Assembly (NCBI GenBank): GCA_963815455.1
Contig: CAWFGO010000003.1
Location: 160,001-224,000 of the forward strand
Direction: 5' to 3'
DNA from: an uncultured Verrucomicrobiae bacterium
GTDB taxonomy: Bacteria; Verrucomicrobiota; Verrucomicrobiia; Chthoniobacterales; UBA10450
DNA: 64,000 nucleotides
Every line of letters starts with the position of its first letter. Position 1 is the stretch's first letter. Position numbers and translations under genes: made by a program. The notes under the pieces were generated by a model. That model was not told the DNA's origin. It worked only from the letters and a program-made list of their open reading frames with translations, and ran no database searches. Positions 48,514 to 59,611 of the stretch are shown piece after piece.

Positions 48514-48665
48514 CAGTTAGATGTAATCCCGTCATTTAGCGTGAATCGCTGTCCAATTGGAAGCTCGAAGGATGTTGTAGCCGCGGGCGCTGACCGCGGC
48601 TTTCGGGAGATCAGAAGGTTCGATGCACGCGGGGAACCTACCGGGTGAACCAAAGAAAAGCGGGA

Positions 48666-49446
48666 CAACGTGCTTGTCATCCTGAGGCCGTTGCGGCCGA
48701 AGGACCCCGCGACAAACAGCTTGTCTCGGCACGTTCGATAGATGGTTGCTGCTCCGAGGACGCTATGAACGCTTGCGTCATCTTCGGTGAACTGCGAGGT
48801 CCTTCGCTCCGCTCAGGATGACAGAGTTGAAGTGCGCGGGCGCTTTGAGCGAACGAACGAAAAAAGCCCCACAACGTGCTTGTCATCCTGAGGCCGCTGC
48901 GGCCGAAGGACCCCGCGATAAACAGCTTGTCTCCGCACGTTCGATAGATGGTTGCTGCCCCGAAGACACTGTGAACGCTTGCGTCATCTTCGGTGAACTG
49001 CGAGGTCCTTCGCTCCGCTCAGGATGACAGAGTTGAAGTGCGCGGGCGCTTTGAGCGAACGAACGAAAAAAGCCCCCACAACGTGCTTGTCATCCTGAGG
49101 CCGTTGCGGCCGAAGGACCCCGCGATAAACAGCTTGTCGCCGCACGTTCGATAGATGGTTGCTGCCCCGAAGACACTGTGAACGCTTGCGTCATCTTCGG
49201 TGAACTGCGAGGTCCTTCGCTCGGCTCAGGATGACAGAGTTGAAGTGCGCGGGGACCTTTAGCGCGCGAACAAACAAATGTCCCCACAACGTGCTTGTCA
49301 TCCTGAGGCCGTTGCGGCCGAAGGGCCCCGCGATAAACAGCTTGTCTCGGCACGTTCGATAGATGGTTGCTGCCCCGAGGACGCTGTGAACGCTTGCGTG
49401 ATATTCGCCGAACTGCGAGGTCCTTCGCTCGGCTCAGGATGACAGA
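48666..49446. repeat. Tandem array of four ~207-bp units, each a ~149-bp TGTCATCC...GGATGACA palindromic element plus linker
   Basis: Unit cores start at 48675, 48881, 49088, 49296. Confidence 0.92.
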
Positions 49447-49508
49447 CCGTAGACGCCGAGTTTGCTTGACGAATTCCGCCCATCTGGTGACCTTCCATTG
49501 TCGATCCA

Positions 49509-49916
49509 ATGGAAATCGAATACACGGACGCCCCGACACAATCGCAAACGGTCAGCACCGACGCGATGCCGTGCCCGTATTGCGGCGCCATGTTGCCCAA
49601 GAACGCCGAGGCCTGCACCCACTGCGATTGGACGCGGGAAGCGACAACGCCGGCGGAACCGAAGGCAAGCGACGCCATGGCAATCTTGCTCAGCATTATT
49701 CCTGGACTCGGTCATATCTATAAGGGGCACAAATTGGCCGGCTTTTTGTGGATGCTCGGCGCGATCCCGGCCGGTATCTTCGTGTTTCTGGCCGCGATCG
49801 CTTCCGCGGGTTTCGGGGCCGGTCTCTTTTTCTTCTACCTTGCCGCGGTCATGCTGCATGCCTACGCGATTGAAGATCGCGTCGTGCCCAAGGAAGACGA
49901 GGGCGAGCAATATTGA
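49509..49916 (+). CDS. Small membrane protein with zinc-ribbon N-terminus
   Basis: CPYC...CTHC, LSIIPGLGHIY, TM segments. Confidence 0.7.
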   Translation: MEIEYTDAPTQSQTVSTDAMPCPYCGAMLPKNAEACTHCDWTREATTPAEPKASDAMAILLSIIPGLGHIYKGHKLAGFLWMLGAIPAGIFVFLAAIASAGFGAGLFFFYLAAVMLHAYAIEDRVVPKEDEGEQY

Positions 49917-49968
49917 AACGTTAGTTTGCTGAGACGTTGTCGGGGCAGTCGTCGGCACCGTCGAAGAA

Positions 49969-50868
49969 CTAATCCACCCGCGCAAGCGTTGCGTTCAGGC
50001 TGTCGCGAAATGCCACCGGCACAGTGCTATCCTTTTGGGCGGCGATTTTTGCCGCCAAATGCGCGAGCACATTTCCCTGGGCGCGCACACTTGCATAAAC
50101 TTTGGGATCGATCGAGGGCGCGCTCCAAAGCGCCTTGTTTTCGGCAACGAGCTCATTGAACCATTTCTCGAAACCGGAGGCGTCGAAATCAGCGCGACTG
50201 ACAAGCGAAAGCAGGGCGTCCGCCATTCGCGCGTCTTCTCCCCAAGTGAAAACCAGACCGGCTGTGTGCGCGCGCTGAGAAATGGCGCGGACAATTTGAT
50301 TTTGCTGCGCCGCCGAAAGGTTTTCGTTTCGGGCAAGAAATTTGAATAAGTCCGCAACGTGAGCAGTGGCGTGAGCCCAGCCTTTTTCGGGAACATAACC
50401 ACGCAGGTCTTTTTCCTCGGCGTAACAGCGAACCGCCGTTTCCAATGTTTCCTTGAACGCATCCTGAGACATGAACGGCTTGGCCAGGTCTTCCGCGGCC
50501 AGGATCGACATATAAAGCGCGGAAAACGATCGGCCAAATATCGCGTCGTTATCCGATTCGGCAATGCCCGTGGTCATCGCGGACAACAACTTCTTGCGCA
50601 AAGCTTCCAGCTCGTTCCGACGAAGCCAATGCTCCCGATAAATCCATTTCGCGAGAATTTCATAGCCACAGCCATCGCGAACCGCCGGGTCTGTCGAGCT
50701 GGCCAAATCGGCAACTTCGAGCGCAAGCGCCCCGGCCGATTCGTTTTCGGGAACGGCGAACTTATTTTGGACAATCGATTTCCAATACGCGGCTGGCCGA
50801 GCCGGCTTGGCGAACGCAGACGAACAGGCAACAAGCGAGAGCACCAGCAAGATTTTCAGCGAAGGCAT
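49969..50868 (-). CDS. DUF2785-like exported protein
   Basis: SSTDPAVRD, FGRSFSAL, EKDLRGY..KGWAHATAH.AD, GEDARMA. Confidence 0.75.
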   Translation of the reverse strand: MPSLKILLVLSLVACSSAFAKPARPAAYWKSIVQNKFAVPENESAGALALEVADLASSTDPAVRDGCGYEILAKWIYREHWLRRNELEALRKKLLSAMTTGIAESDNDAIFGRSFSALYMSILAAEDLAKPFMSQDAFKETLETAVRCYAEEKDLRGYVPEKGWAHATAHVADLFKFLARNENLSAAQQNQIVRAISQRAHTAGLVFTWGEDARMADALLSLVSRADFDASGFEKWFNELVAENKALWSAPSIDPKVYASVRAQGNVLAHLAAKIAAQKDSTVPVAFRDSLNATLARVD

Positions 50869-50911
50869 TGGCGAGAATAGATCGCCGCGGCGGAGACGCA
50901 AACTGCGCCAC

Positions 50912-50967
50912 CTGTAGCCGCGTCGCTGTGCGACGCGCGCACGCGGCCCACCGGGCCGCGGCTACAG
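50912..50967. repeat. TGTAGC-type REP doublet
   Basis: ctgtagccgcg ... cgcggctacag. Confidence 0.85.
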
Positions 50968-52026
50968 TCTGGAAACGGCCTGGTGGATTTCTTCCAGGAT
51001 TTCCCGCATTCCGTAGCGGAATTTCCATTTCGGATAATGCGCCTGGAATTTTCGCACATCGCTGATCCACCAGATGTGGTCGCCGATCCGATTGGTTTCT
51101 TCGTAACTCCAACCGAGTTTTTTCCCGCTGATCTCTTCGCACAAATCGATCGCTTCCAGCATCGAGCAATTGCTGTGGCGGCTCCCGCCAATGTTGTAAA
51201 CTTCGCCGGCCCGCGGCGCGCGAATGAACTCCGCGAACGCTTCCACCAGATCGAAGCTGTGGATGTTATCGCGCACCTGTTTGCCCTTATAACCGAAAAC
51301 GCGATAGGGCCGTCCGGTCACGGTGCAGATCATTAAATAAGAAAGAAACCCGTGCAGCTCGGTGCCGGCATGCGCCGGGCCGGTGAGACAGCCGCCGCGG
51401 AACGAGACGGTCGGCATCCCGAAATAGCGTCCATATTCCTGAACCAGAATGTCCGCCGCGGCTTTTGAGGCGCCAAAGAGTGAATGCTTTGTGCAATCGA
51501 TGCTCATGGTCTCGGAAATTCCCGGCTCATATTCATGGCCCGGTTCGATTTCCCAGCGCTTCTCCAGTTCGCGTAACGGCAGCCGATTCGGCGTGTCGCC
51601 GTAAACTTTATTGGTCGATGTAAAAACGAACGGCGCTTCCGGGCAGTAGGTCCTGGCCGCCTCGAGCAAGTTCAGTGTGCCATTGGCGTTGACCGTGAAA
51701 TCGGTCTGCGGATCGCGCGCCGCCCAATCGTGCGATGGTTGCGCCGCGGTGTGGACAACGGCGTCGATCTTGCCGCGGTGTTGCTTGAAAGGTTCCGCGA
51801 CGGCCGCCGCATCGCGGATGTCGATGTTGTGGTGCTCGTAGCTCCGAACGTTTTTCATCAACGCGTCGCGCGTCTTGTTGGTTGAAGCTTCCGCGCCGAA
51901 AAATTGCTCGCGCATGTCGTTGTCGATCCCAACAACGCGCGCGCCTTCCGTCGCGAAGTGTTTGACGGTCTCCGAACCGATTAACCCAGCCGAGCCGGTA
52001 ACGATGATGGTGCGGGGCGTGCTCAT
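50962..52026 (-). CDS. NAD-dependent nucleotide-sugar epimerase (CDP-paratose/tyvelose epimerase-like)
   Basis: [33 protein letters not shown]. Confidence 0.85.
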   Translation of the reverse strand: MSTPRTIIVTGSAGLIGSETVKHFATEGARVVGIDNDMREQFFGAEASTNKTRDALMKNVRSYEHHNIDIRDAAAVAEPFKQHRGKIDAVVHTAAQPSHDWAARDPQTDFTVNANGTLNLLEAARTYCPEAPFVFTSTNKVYGDTPNRLPLRELEKRWEIEPGHEYEPGISETMSIDCTKHSLFGASKAAADILVQEYGRYFGMPTVSFRGGCLTGPAHAGTELHGFLSYLMICTVTGRPYRVFGYKGKQVRDNIHSFDLVEAFAEFIRAPRAGEVYNIGGSRHSNCSMLEAIDLCEEISGKKLGWSYEETNRIGDHIWWISDVRKFQAHYPKWKFRYGMREILEEIHQAVSRL

Positions 52027-52065
52027 GGATTCTCAGAACGTAGCAAGCAAACCGCGTGCGCAATC

Positions 52066-52161
52066 TGTCATCCTGCCGGCCCGCCGTGGCGGGAGCGAAG
52101 CGAAGGATCTCGGGAGAGTTCTCGACCACACGAGAGATGTTTCGCTTCGCTCAACATGACA
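52066..52161. repeat. TGTCAT-type palindromic element
   Basis: tgtcatcctg...agcgaagcgaaggatctc ... gagatgtttcgcttcgctcaacatgaca. Confidence 0.75.
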
Positions 52162-52214
52162 CGCATTCTTGGCTGGCTTTGGACCTCGCAGATCGAATCG
52201 CCTTGGAAAGGCGA

Positions 52215-52907
52215 TCATTGCCCGAGAATCCACGTCACATCCCCTGCGCTCGGGTTTACCCGCGATGCCGGAAATTGCGCATCGCCTTCGAGCACGCGCT
52301 CGACCAGATCGGCGTGCTTGGCCGCGTTCACCAAAAAGCAAACGTGTCGCGCGTGATTGATGAGCGGGAAAGTGAAAGTCAGACGCCAGGTGTCGAACTT
52401 GGGAACAAAATTGGCCACTACCCGACGTGTCGTTTCCTCGAGCGCCGCCGTTCCCGGAAACAGCGAAGCGGTATGACCATCGTCGCCCAAGCCGAGCAAA
52501 ATGAGATCGTGCCGGTAAATTTGTTCGCCGCGCTGGGTGGCCAGAAGATCGAGTTGGTCCTGATATTCCTGGGCGGCAATCTGCGGATCGATTTCGCCCC
52601 GCATTCGCATGATCGATTTTTCGGGAACATTGGCCGGAACGAAGAGCGCTTCGCGGGCCATGCGATAATTGCTTTGCCCATCGTCCGGGGCAACGCAGCG
52701 TTCATCGCCGAATGTGACCAGGATTTTTTCCCACGGAAAATCGCGCGCCATTTTCGCAAGCTCGGCGTAGATCGGTCGCGGAGTGTTCCCGCCGGAAAGC
52801 GCGATGCGAAACTCGTTGCGCTCACCGATCGCCCGGTGAGCCTGTGCAATTACGAAATTCGCCGCGTCCTTTACGAAGTCTTTCGTGCGAATGATCTCGT
52901 GGCCCAT
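52215..52907 (-). CDS. pgl: 6-phosphogluconolactonase
   Basis: ALSGGNTP, FGDERCV, LLGLGDDGHTASLFP, RLTFT. Confidence 0.93.
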   Translation of the reverse strand: MGHEIIRTKDFVKDAANFVIAQAHRAIGERNEFRIALSGGNTPRPIYAELAKMARDFPWEKILVTFGDERCVAPDDGQSNYRMAREALFVPANVPEKSIMRMRGEIDPQIAAQEYQDQLDLLATQRGEQIYRHDLILLGLGDDGHTASLFPGTAALEETTRRVVANFVPKFDTWRLTFTFPLINHARHVCFLVNAAKHADLVERVLEGDAQFPASRVNPSAGDVTWILGQ

Positions 52908-53042
52908 CGACCTGTAGATTCAGGTAAGGCGGATGTGTCGTCCAGTCCTTTGCTGGACTCCAGCACCTCGATCGCAACGACAGTGCCCACGATGCCAAAA
53001 CCGCAACGCGAGGATAAAGATTGCCCACTGGCTGATCCAATC

Positions 53043-53078
53043 AAAAAAAAGAAAGCACCGGTTTGGACCGGTGCTTTC
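53043..53078 (-). terminator. Intrinsic terminator downstream of the CTERM-protein gene
   Basis: Stem gaaagcaccgg/ccggtgctttc with A8 on the left (U-tract on - strand). Confidence 0.85.
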
Positions 53079-53094
53079 AAAGCAGTGGTGCTTA

Positions 53095-53919
53095 TTACCG
53101 ATTCAAGACTCTTTTAATTCTCCACCGAAACGCTCCCAAGCCGGTCAAGGCGGATCCTAAAAGCATCACTGTGCTGCCGCCATCCGGTGTCGCTGCCGGT
53201 GATAATTCAAAGTTGTACGTTGTGGTTCCCGCAGCAGTACCGATGGTAAATGCGTCGACATTGGCGTCGAACATATCTCCTGAACTCGCAAATCCTGAAG
53301 CGATGCGGATGCCTCCCCGTCCGGCCGGATCGTTGACGAGGGTTACCCCGGCTCCCTCTGCAGCCAGGATCGTGGACCACGTTACGGCACCTGATCCCGG
53401 ACCAAAGAAATTATCCGAATACCAGTAGCCGCCGAGCGCATCCCAACTCTGCCATGAATTCAGTGTAGGAGCAGCCTGCCCGCGCCCAAAGTTCGTGCTG
53501 CTGTAGTCAGGCTCAAACCACAGTCGGTCGCCATTGCTGAGCCATAGGGTCAGATAGGGCAATTGCGATCCGTTCCATGCTGTCGCGTACGTGCTATAGG
53601 CCAATGACGTGAGATCGCTTAAGACAGTTCCCGCCCAATCGGAATTGCGCAGTTGAGCACTCTGGAAACCATCCGAGCCAGTGTTGAAATGAGCGCTGCC
53701 AGTTCCAAGCGGTGGTGTGGAGGGGCCATTCACCATCTCGGCTGTGGCGTCCCCGGCACCGTACGTCACAGACGTATCGGTCTTATAAAATGCCCAGCCA
53801 TCCATGTTCCCCGGGGTGACTTCCACCGCGGAAGCAACCGCGGCGCAAGAAAGGAGCCCGACGGCACTTAGCGCGATGATTCGTTTTGTTAGTGTGCAAG
53901 ACAGCATAAGTATTTTCAT
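53095..53919 (-). CDS. Exported protein with VPDSG/PEP-CTERM-like sorting signal
   Basis: GAGGAG RBS, signal peptide, C-terminus TPDGGSTVMLLGSALTGLGAFRWRIKR. Confidence 0.85.
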   Translation of the reverse strand: MKILMLSCTLTKRIIALSAVGLLSCAAVASAVEVTPGNMDGWAFYKTDTSVTYGAGDATAEMVNGPSTPPLGTGSAHFNTGSDGFQSAQLRNSDWAGTVLSDLTSLAYSTYATAWNGSQLPYLTLWLSNGDRLWFEPDYSSTNFGRGQAAPTLNSWQSWDALGGYWYSDNFFGPGSGAVTWSTILAAEGAGVTLVNDPAGRGGIRIASGFASSGDMFDANVDAFTIGTAAGTTTYNFELSPAATPDGGSTVMLLGSALTGLGAFRWRIKRVLNR

Positions 53920-53997
53920 GATTCTCCTCATATTTGATATTATGATATTATGATTTTTAAATCATCGCTTCCGGCGATGCTTGGTTGCTACGATAGT

Positions 53998-54015
53998 CTA
54001 GCAAACCATATTCCA
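53998..54015 (-). promoter_or_regulatory. Candidate sigma-54 -24/-12 promoter
   Basis: TGGAATATGGTTTGCT on - strand: GG-N10-GC, ~80 bp upstream of CTERM gene. Confidence 0.6.
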
Positions 54016-54160
54016 AACGGTCGTTTGTCCCGCGCCCCTGGTCTCAAATTTGTTTGGCCCGAGTCACTTACGCGGAAAAAGAATTTTCTCGGCTGAAAAG
54101 GACGTTCGAATAATTAACGAAAAAGTGTAATAATATCCGACGTTTTTCGGCGATATGCGC

Positions 54161-54637
54161 TTAAACCGCGCAGTGCGTTTGGCCGCGTTTTTCCAGGTAG
54201 CGCTGGTGGTAATCTTCCGCGGGCCAAAACTTCGGCGCCGGCTCGATCTGCGTCACGATCGGCTTATTGAATCGCCCGCTGGCGGCCAGTTTTTCCTTCG
54301 ATGCTTCGGCGGCGGCTTTCTGCTCCGGCGAATGATAAAAGATAACCGAACGATACTGCGCACCGACATCGGGGCCTTGTCGATTCAATGTGGTCGGGTT
54401 GTGGCTCGACCAGAAAACGTCGAGCAATCGGTCGTAGTTCACCTGAGCCGGATCGAACTCTACTTCCACCACTTCCGCGTGACCGGTCTTATCCGTGCAA
54501 ACATCTTCGTAACTTGGGTTTGCCTTTGTTCCTCCAGCGTAACCGACCGTCGCATTGGTCACGCCTTTGACCTGTCGAAACGTCGCTTCCACGCCCCAAA
54601 AACAGCCCGCACCGAATGTCGCCTTCTCTGTCGTCAT
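54161..54637 (-). CDS. msrA: Peptide-methionine (S)-S-oxide reductase
   Basis: [27 protein letters not shown]. Confidence 0.95.
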   Translation of the reverse strand: MTTEKATFGAGCFWGVEATFRQVKGVTNATVGYAGGTKANPSYEDVCTDKTGHAEVVEVEFDPAQVNYDRLLDVFWSSHNPTTLNRQGPDVGAQYRSVIFYHSPEQKAAAEASKEKLAASGRFNKPIVTQIEPAPKFWPAEDYHQRYLEKRGQTHCAV

Positions 54638-54729
54638 GCCGAACGATGGAACGCCCGCGGACGCCGCGCAACCGCCGGTTGACTTGAAGCTTGCCTCGCG
54701 ACCACACAACGTTACACGCTCAGTATCGT

Positions 54730-55992
54730 ATGGACGGACTCACCACGTTTGAACAAACCCGCTCGGTTTTGCCGGTGCGTGTCATCAACCGTTGTGGCGC
54801 GTGGCTGGGAAAAATTGGATCCTTGCGCGCGGAACAATTGACCGAGGACGCCAAACGCCGCACCGGCCTCGACGATTTTGGCAGCGGTGAATTTTTTGAG
54901 CCGCTTTCGCGCTTACTGGAGTCGTGCCAGCGTGAAGCGCGGCTGAACGTTATTGGAAAAATCGCGCTGCGCTCGGACGTTCTTCGCACATTGTGCAATC
55001 GATTGTTAATGAGGCGGGACCGGCAACTGCAGCCGGAAATCGAAAAGCAGAAAATTCGCGAGCCGCTCGTCATCACCGGTCTCCCACGCAGCGGGACCAC
55101 CTTGCTGCACACGCTGCTGGCGGCCGATCCGGCCCATCGCGCGCCGCTGACGTGGGAAGTGATGACACCCTCGCCGCCTACCAACGAGAACAGAGAGCTT
55201 CGGATCCGGCGCGCGGCCCGCAGTTTGTCTGCGCTGCGATGGCTGGCGCCGACTTTCCAGCGGGTTCACGCTGTCGGTGCGGAGTTGCCGCAGGAATGCG
55301 TGTCACTAATGAGCCCGACGTTCATGAGCGATCAATTCGACACCATGTACGACGCGCCCTCGTATCGCGGGTGGTTTTTAAAACAGGATTTGCGGCCGGC
55401 GTATGAATATCACAGATGCTTTTTGCAGCACCTTCAGCAACGGCAGCCGGCCCATCGATGGGTGCTCAAAGCGCCCGCGCACATGTTTGCCGCTCCTGCT
55501 TTGTTGTCGATCTATCCCGATGCACGGTTTGTGCAGGTGCATCGCAATCCGCTCGAAGCGATCGCGTCGGTCTCAAGTCTCGTTGCGATTCTGCGCGGGG
55601 CTTTTAGCCATTCAGTGGATCTGGTACAAATCGGGCGCGACGCGATGCGGTATTGGCTGGAAGCGATCACGACATTCACACGCGTGCGCGACCAGCTTTC
55701 ACCGGAACGAGTTTGCGATTTGCGCTACGTCGAGATTCGACGCGATCCGATTTGCGCCGTCCAAAGCATCTACAAACATTTTGGATGGTCGCTCTCAGCC
55801 GAAACGGAACGACGCATGCGCGGGGTTCTGATGAATCAGTCATCGGAGCAGAATGGCTTCCATCGATATCATCCGAGCCAGTTTGGGCTGGAGCCGGTTA
55901 GCGGCTTTGCCCCATACTGCGAGCGTTTCGGGTTGTCGGCAACGGCTGCGGCCAAACCGGCGAAAGACGCCGACGCGCTCGTCATTGCTTAA
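54730..55992 (+). CDS. Sulfotransferase family protein
   Basis: PAPS-loop [20 protein letters not shown]. Confidence 0.85.
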   Translation: MDGLTTFEQTRSVLPVRVINRCGAWLGKIGSLRAEQLTEDAKRRTGLDDFGSGEFFEPLSRLLESCQREARLNVIGKIALRSDVLRTLCNRLLMRRDRQLQPEIEKQKIREPLVITGLPRSGTTLLHTLLAADPAHRAPLTWEVMTPSPPTNENRELRIRRAARSLSALRWLAPTFQRVHAVGAELPQECVSLMSPTFMSDQFDTMYDAPSYRGWFLKQDLRPAYEYHRCFLQHLQQRQPAHRWVLKAPAHMFAAPALLSIYPDARFVQVHRNPLEAIASVSSLVAILRGAFSHSVDLVQIGRDAMRYWLEAITTFTRVRDQLSPERVCDLRYVEIRRDPICAVQSIYKHFGWSLSAETERRMRGVLMNQSSEQNGFHRYHPSQFGLEPVSGFAPYCERFGLSATAAAKPAKDADALVIA

Positions 55993-56617
55993 CGAACTGC
56001 GGTTGATTTTTCGTCTCTTGCTCGCTCAGGATCGACATCTCCTTTACCCACAGCAATTCGCAGGCGCCATTGCCGGTATCGGTGCGGGTAAGCGAACTCC
56101 TCCACGTACCAATTCCTGGTCCGGTCGCTTCCACCAGATCGCCGGTTAGGCGAACCAGCGTGCCGGCCCGCAACGATTTGCACATCGAAGCAATCGCCGG
56201 GGTCGAGGGAATAATGTGGACGTTCGTGCTGTGGGAAATGATTTCGTCCTGAGGAATCGGCGGTTGCCGCTGGTACTGATACCAGTAAAAGCGCGCGCTT
56301 TGCGTAATGCTCAATTGATCCAGGAGCCGCTGGTCCGACATCCGCCCCCAACCAAGCGCAAGATCGACCGGAACAAGCGCCGCTTGGTTGTCGTGACGAT
56401 ATATTTTTCGATGCAGAACGCGGGCGTCGATTGAGAAAACCGCCAGCGGCTTCAACCGAAACGTGCCCTGCGAAAAGGCCGGCGTGTTCGCGGGCAGGTT
56501 GATCTGGCTCGGCTCATCTGCAATCAAAACACCTGGCGGATACGTGATCGGACGATGGAGATACCAATAACCAGAGCACACGACAGCGGCCGCCAGGAGA
56601 ACACAAAGGGACTTCAC
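55982..56617 (-). CDS. Hypothetical exported protein
   Basis: N-terminal anchor; PVDLALGWG, NVHIIP, TRTDTGNGACE conserved-looking motifs. Confidence 0.65.
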   Translation of the reverse strand: MKSLCVLLAAAVVCSGYWYLHRPITYPPGVLIADEPSQINLPANTPAFSQGTFRLKPLAVFSIDARVLHRKIYRHDNQAALVPVDLALGWGRMSDQRLLDQLSITQSARFYWYQYQRQPPIPQDEIISHSTNVHIIPSTPAIASMCKSLRAGTLVRLTGDLVEATGPGIGTWRSSLTRTDTGNGACELLWVKEMSILSEQETKNQPQFVKQ

Positions 56618-56673
56618 GCATCATGAATGAAGCAGGTTCAATGCTGGAATGACGAGGCGCGGCACAACATGCT

Positions 56674-57055
56674 TGTCATCCTGAGCGCAGCGAAGGACCC
56701 CGCGAAAAACAGGTTGTAGTTCGACGTTCGATAATTGCGGCTGCCCCGAGGACGCCGTGAACGCTTGCGTGATGCCCGGTGAACTGCGAGGTCCCTCGCT
56801 TCGCTCGGGATGACAGAGCGCACCTACATCACCATCCCGCCGTCAACGCACAGAACCCGCCCGGTGATGTAATTCGCTTCAGCCGACGCCGAGAAGCGAC
56901 ATATCGTGCTTGTCATCCTGAGCGCAGCGAAGGACCCCGCGATAAACAGGGTTGTAGTTCGAATGTTCGATAGATGGTTGCTGCCCCGAGGACAATGTGA
57001 ACGCTTGCGTGATGCTCGGTAAACTGCGAGGTCCCTCGCTTCGCTCGGGATGACA
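56674..57055. repeat. Two TGTCATCC...GGATGACA elements separated by a copy of the fabG 3' end
   Basis: Cores 56674-56815 and 56911-57055; 56821-56890 repeats 57061-57130. Confidence 0.9.
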
Positions 57056-57063
57056 GAGCGCAC

Positions 57064-57807
57064 CTACATCACCATGCCGCCGTCAACGCACAGAACCTGC
57101 CCGGTGATGTAACTTGCTTCCGCCGACGCCAAAAACGCGACCGCGCTGGCGATATCTTCGGGCGCGCCGGTTTTGCCGAGCGGAATTTGCGCCTGAATGG
57201 TCTTTTTTATTTCATCCGAAAGTCCGGCGGTCATATCCGTCGTGATAAATCCGGGCGCGACCGCATTCACGGTGATGCCGCGACTGGCCAACTCCCGCGC
57301 CAGAGATTTCGTGAAACCGATCAGACCCGCCTTGCTCGCGGCGTAATTGGTTTGCCCCGCATTGCCGATCAATCCGATCACCGACGTAATATTAATGATC
57401 CGGCCGCTGCGTTGCTTGATCATGCCGCGAATGATCGACTGGGTGAAATTAAACGCACCTCGCAAGTTCGTGTTGATTACAGCGTCCCAATCTTCCACCG
57501 GCATCCGCATGGCCAACCCGTCCCGCGTTACACCAGCGTTGTTAACGAGGATGTCGATCTTAGTGAATTCGTTGAGAATCTGCGCACCGGTTTTTTGCAC
57601 GGCAACATGATCGGCAACATCGACAGCGTAGGCCTTTGCCGCCCCGGCCCGAATGAGATTGATTTCATCCGCCGTCCGTTTCGCGTTCGCCTCCGTCCGG
57701 CTCACACAAGCCACCCGCGCGCCCTCGCCAGCTAGCCGTACCGCGATGGCATGTCCAATCCCCCGCCCCGCCCCGGTCACAATCGCATTCTGGTTTTCGA
57801 ATCTCAT
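57064..57807 (-). CDS. fabG: 3-oxoacyl-ACP reductase
   Basis: TGAGRGIG, NNAGVTRD, YAASK, VAPGFI.TDMT. Confidence 0.93.
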   Translation of the reverse strand: MRFENQNAIVTGAGRGIGHAIAVRLAGEGARVACVSRTEANAKRTADEINLIRAGAAKAYAVDVADHVAVQKTGAQILNEFTKIDILVNNAGVTRDGLAMRMPVEDWDAVINTNLRGAFNFTQSIIRGMIKQRSGRIINITSVIGLIGNAGQTNYAASKAGLIGFTKSLARELASRGITVNAVAPGFITTDMTAGLSDEIKKTIQAQIPLGKTGAPEDIASAVAFLASAEASYITGQVLCVDGGMVM

Positions 57808-57815
57808 GAGTTAGT

Positions 57816-57852
57816 CCGCAGATTACGCAGATTACGCAGATTACGCAGATTA
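57816..57852 (+). repeat. 9-mer tandem repeat (cgcagatta) x4
   Basis: ccgcagattacgcagattacgcagattacgcagatta. Confidence 0.85.
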
Positions 57853-58161
57853 GAAACTAACTTCCAACTTTCGGAAAGCCGCTTACGGATGTCCCCATGC
57901 TTTTAATCTGGGAGCGCAGATGGCTAAAGCTAAACCATCGCGCTCTCAATCTTGCGGGCTCGCTAACGAGGCCGAGCGTCGAGTCACCGAATCGTGACAA
58001 AAAAAGCTTGCCCTCAGCTAACGCGACGCCACAAAATCGCGTTTCATGAACGGCTGCTTGTCCATTTCGGGCTCGCCACGGTCAGTCGCGACCGAAAAAC
58101 TTTCACATTTTTTGCAAACATCGCCCTCCAATTTCCGGAGGACACTTGTGAAAGGATCCTT

Positions 58162-58363
58162 ATGAGAAATCTTTTCCATCTTACATGGCTGGCCGCCCTT
58201 GCCAGCGTAATCCTTATCGCATCACCATCGACGCGAATCTTTGCCCAAGAGGAGGGGGAGGGCGATGAAATCGATGCCAGTACTCCGGACGATGGCAGCA
58301 GCAACCCGACAGGTGTGGCGGGCGTATTTAATGGAAACATCACAACCGGAGGTTCCTACGACC
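58162..58363 (+). pseudogene. N-terminal fragment of an exported (probably Rhs-type) protein cut by the IS
   Basis: Signal peptide MRNLFHLTWLAALAS..., reading frame runs into IS left end at 58364. Confidence 0.55.
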
Positions 58364-59611
58364 TGGCCTTACCCCCGAAAAGTGGACATGACATAATGGT
58401 AGTTCTGCGCCTAAAAGAGGAGCAGAACCATGAAAAAAAGTCGATTCAGTGATGAGCAGAGGCTAGAGATACTGAGGCAAGTAAGAGCGGGGAGACAAGT
58501 GAAGGATGTGTGTGCCGAGCACAACATCGGGGTGATGACCTTCTATGGATGGAAGAAGAAGTTTGGAGGGATGGAGATAGCCGAGGCCCGGCGGCTGAGA
58601 GCCTTGGAGGAAGAGAACGGCCGATTGAAGCGAGTGGTGGCGGATCTGACGGTGCAGGTGCAGATCCTCAAAGAGGTGAACGCAAAAAAATGGTAAGCCC
58701 GTCGAGCCGGCGCCGGGCGGTGAAGAGCTGTGTGGAAGAGGGCTTGGGCAGCGCGGTCCAGGCCTGCCGTGCCATTGATCTGGCGCGCTCAAGTTATTAT
58801 CGGCCGGTCCGGCTCAGTCAGACACGGGGTTGCTGCGGCGCGATGGATTAAGGGTCAATGCCAAGCGGGTGCAGCGATTGCGTCGCATGGAAGGCTTACA
58901 AGTGCGGCAACGCCAAAAGAGGATGCGCCGATTGGGGCTGCAACAGAGCGAGCGGCTGAGGGCGATCAAGCCGCTAGAGGTGTGGAGTTGGGACTTTGTG
59001 GAGGATCAAACCGAAAACGGCACGCGCTTCCGGATCCTGACCTTGCTCGATGAACATACGCGACAGAGCCTGGCCGTGCATGCCGCCTGGTCGATCCGGG
59101 CCGTCGATGCCATCACCGTGATTGAGGCCGCGATCGAGCGCAATGGCGCGCCGCAATATCTGCGCAGTGACAATGGTTCAGAGTTTATTGCTTACGCCAT
59201 CCAGGACTGGCTCAAACAACGACAGATCAAAACTCTCTACATCAAACCGGGCAGCCCGTGGGAAAATGGCCACATCGAGAGCTTCCACGACAAGCTGCGC
59301 GACGAATGCTTAAACCGCGAGCTCTTTGGCACGCTCTCCGAAGCTCGAGTGATCCTGGAAAGCTGGCGCATCGAATACAATGAGCGGCGCCCGCACAGCT
59401 CGCTCGGCTATCAAACGCCAGCCGAATTTGAATTGAGCTGTCGCCGCGCCGCCGCGTGTGCTGGAACAAACCGCGGCTCCGCCGTCCAGCTGTCGGCTAG
59501 TTTGTTCCAGCACACGCTTACAACTGATTTGCAAAGATCCACTTCAACAGAAATAATCAACCAACCAGCAGAACTACACTTTTGACCTGTCCAGCTTTTG
59601 GGGTCAGGCCA
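58364..59611 (+). mobile_element. IS3-family insertion sequence (IS407-like), probably defective
   Basis: TG..CA ends tggccttacccccgaaaagtggaca / tgtccagcttttggggtcaggcca; orfA 58430-58696, A7 slippery run 58684-58690, orfB DDE core (WSWDF, RSDNGSEF, ESFH); frame break near 58825. Confidence 0.92.

Noticed and set aside
48666..49446. CRISPR array
   Set aside because: Units are ~207 bp and the intervening sequences are near-identical rather than unique spacers; no cas genes in the window
48532..49723. Short ORFs over the repeat arrays (also 56638-57063) and long antisense ORFs over icd, pgi and others
   Set aside because: They are translations of repeats or GC-rich shadow frames with no independent protein motifs
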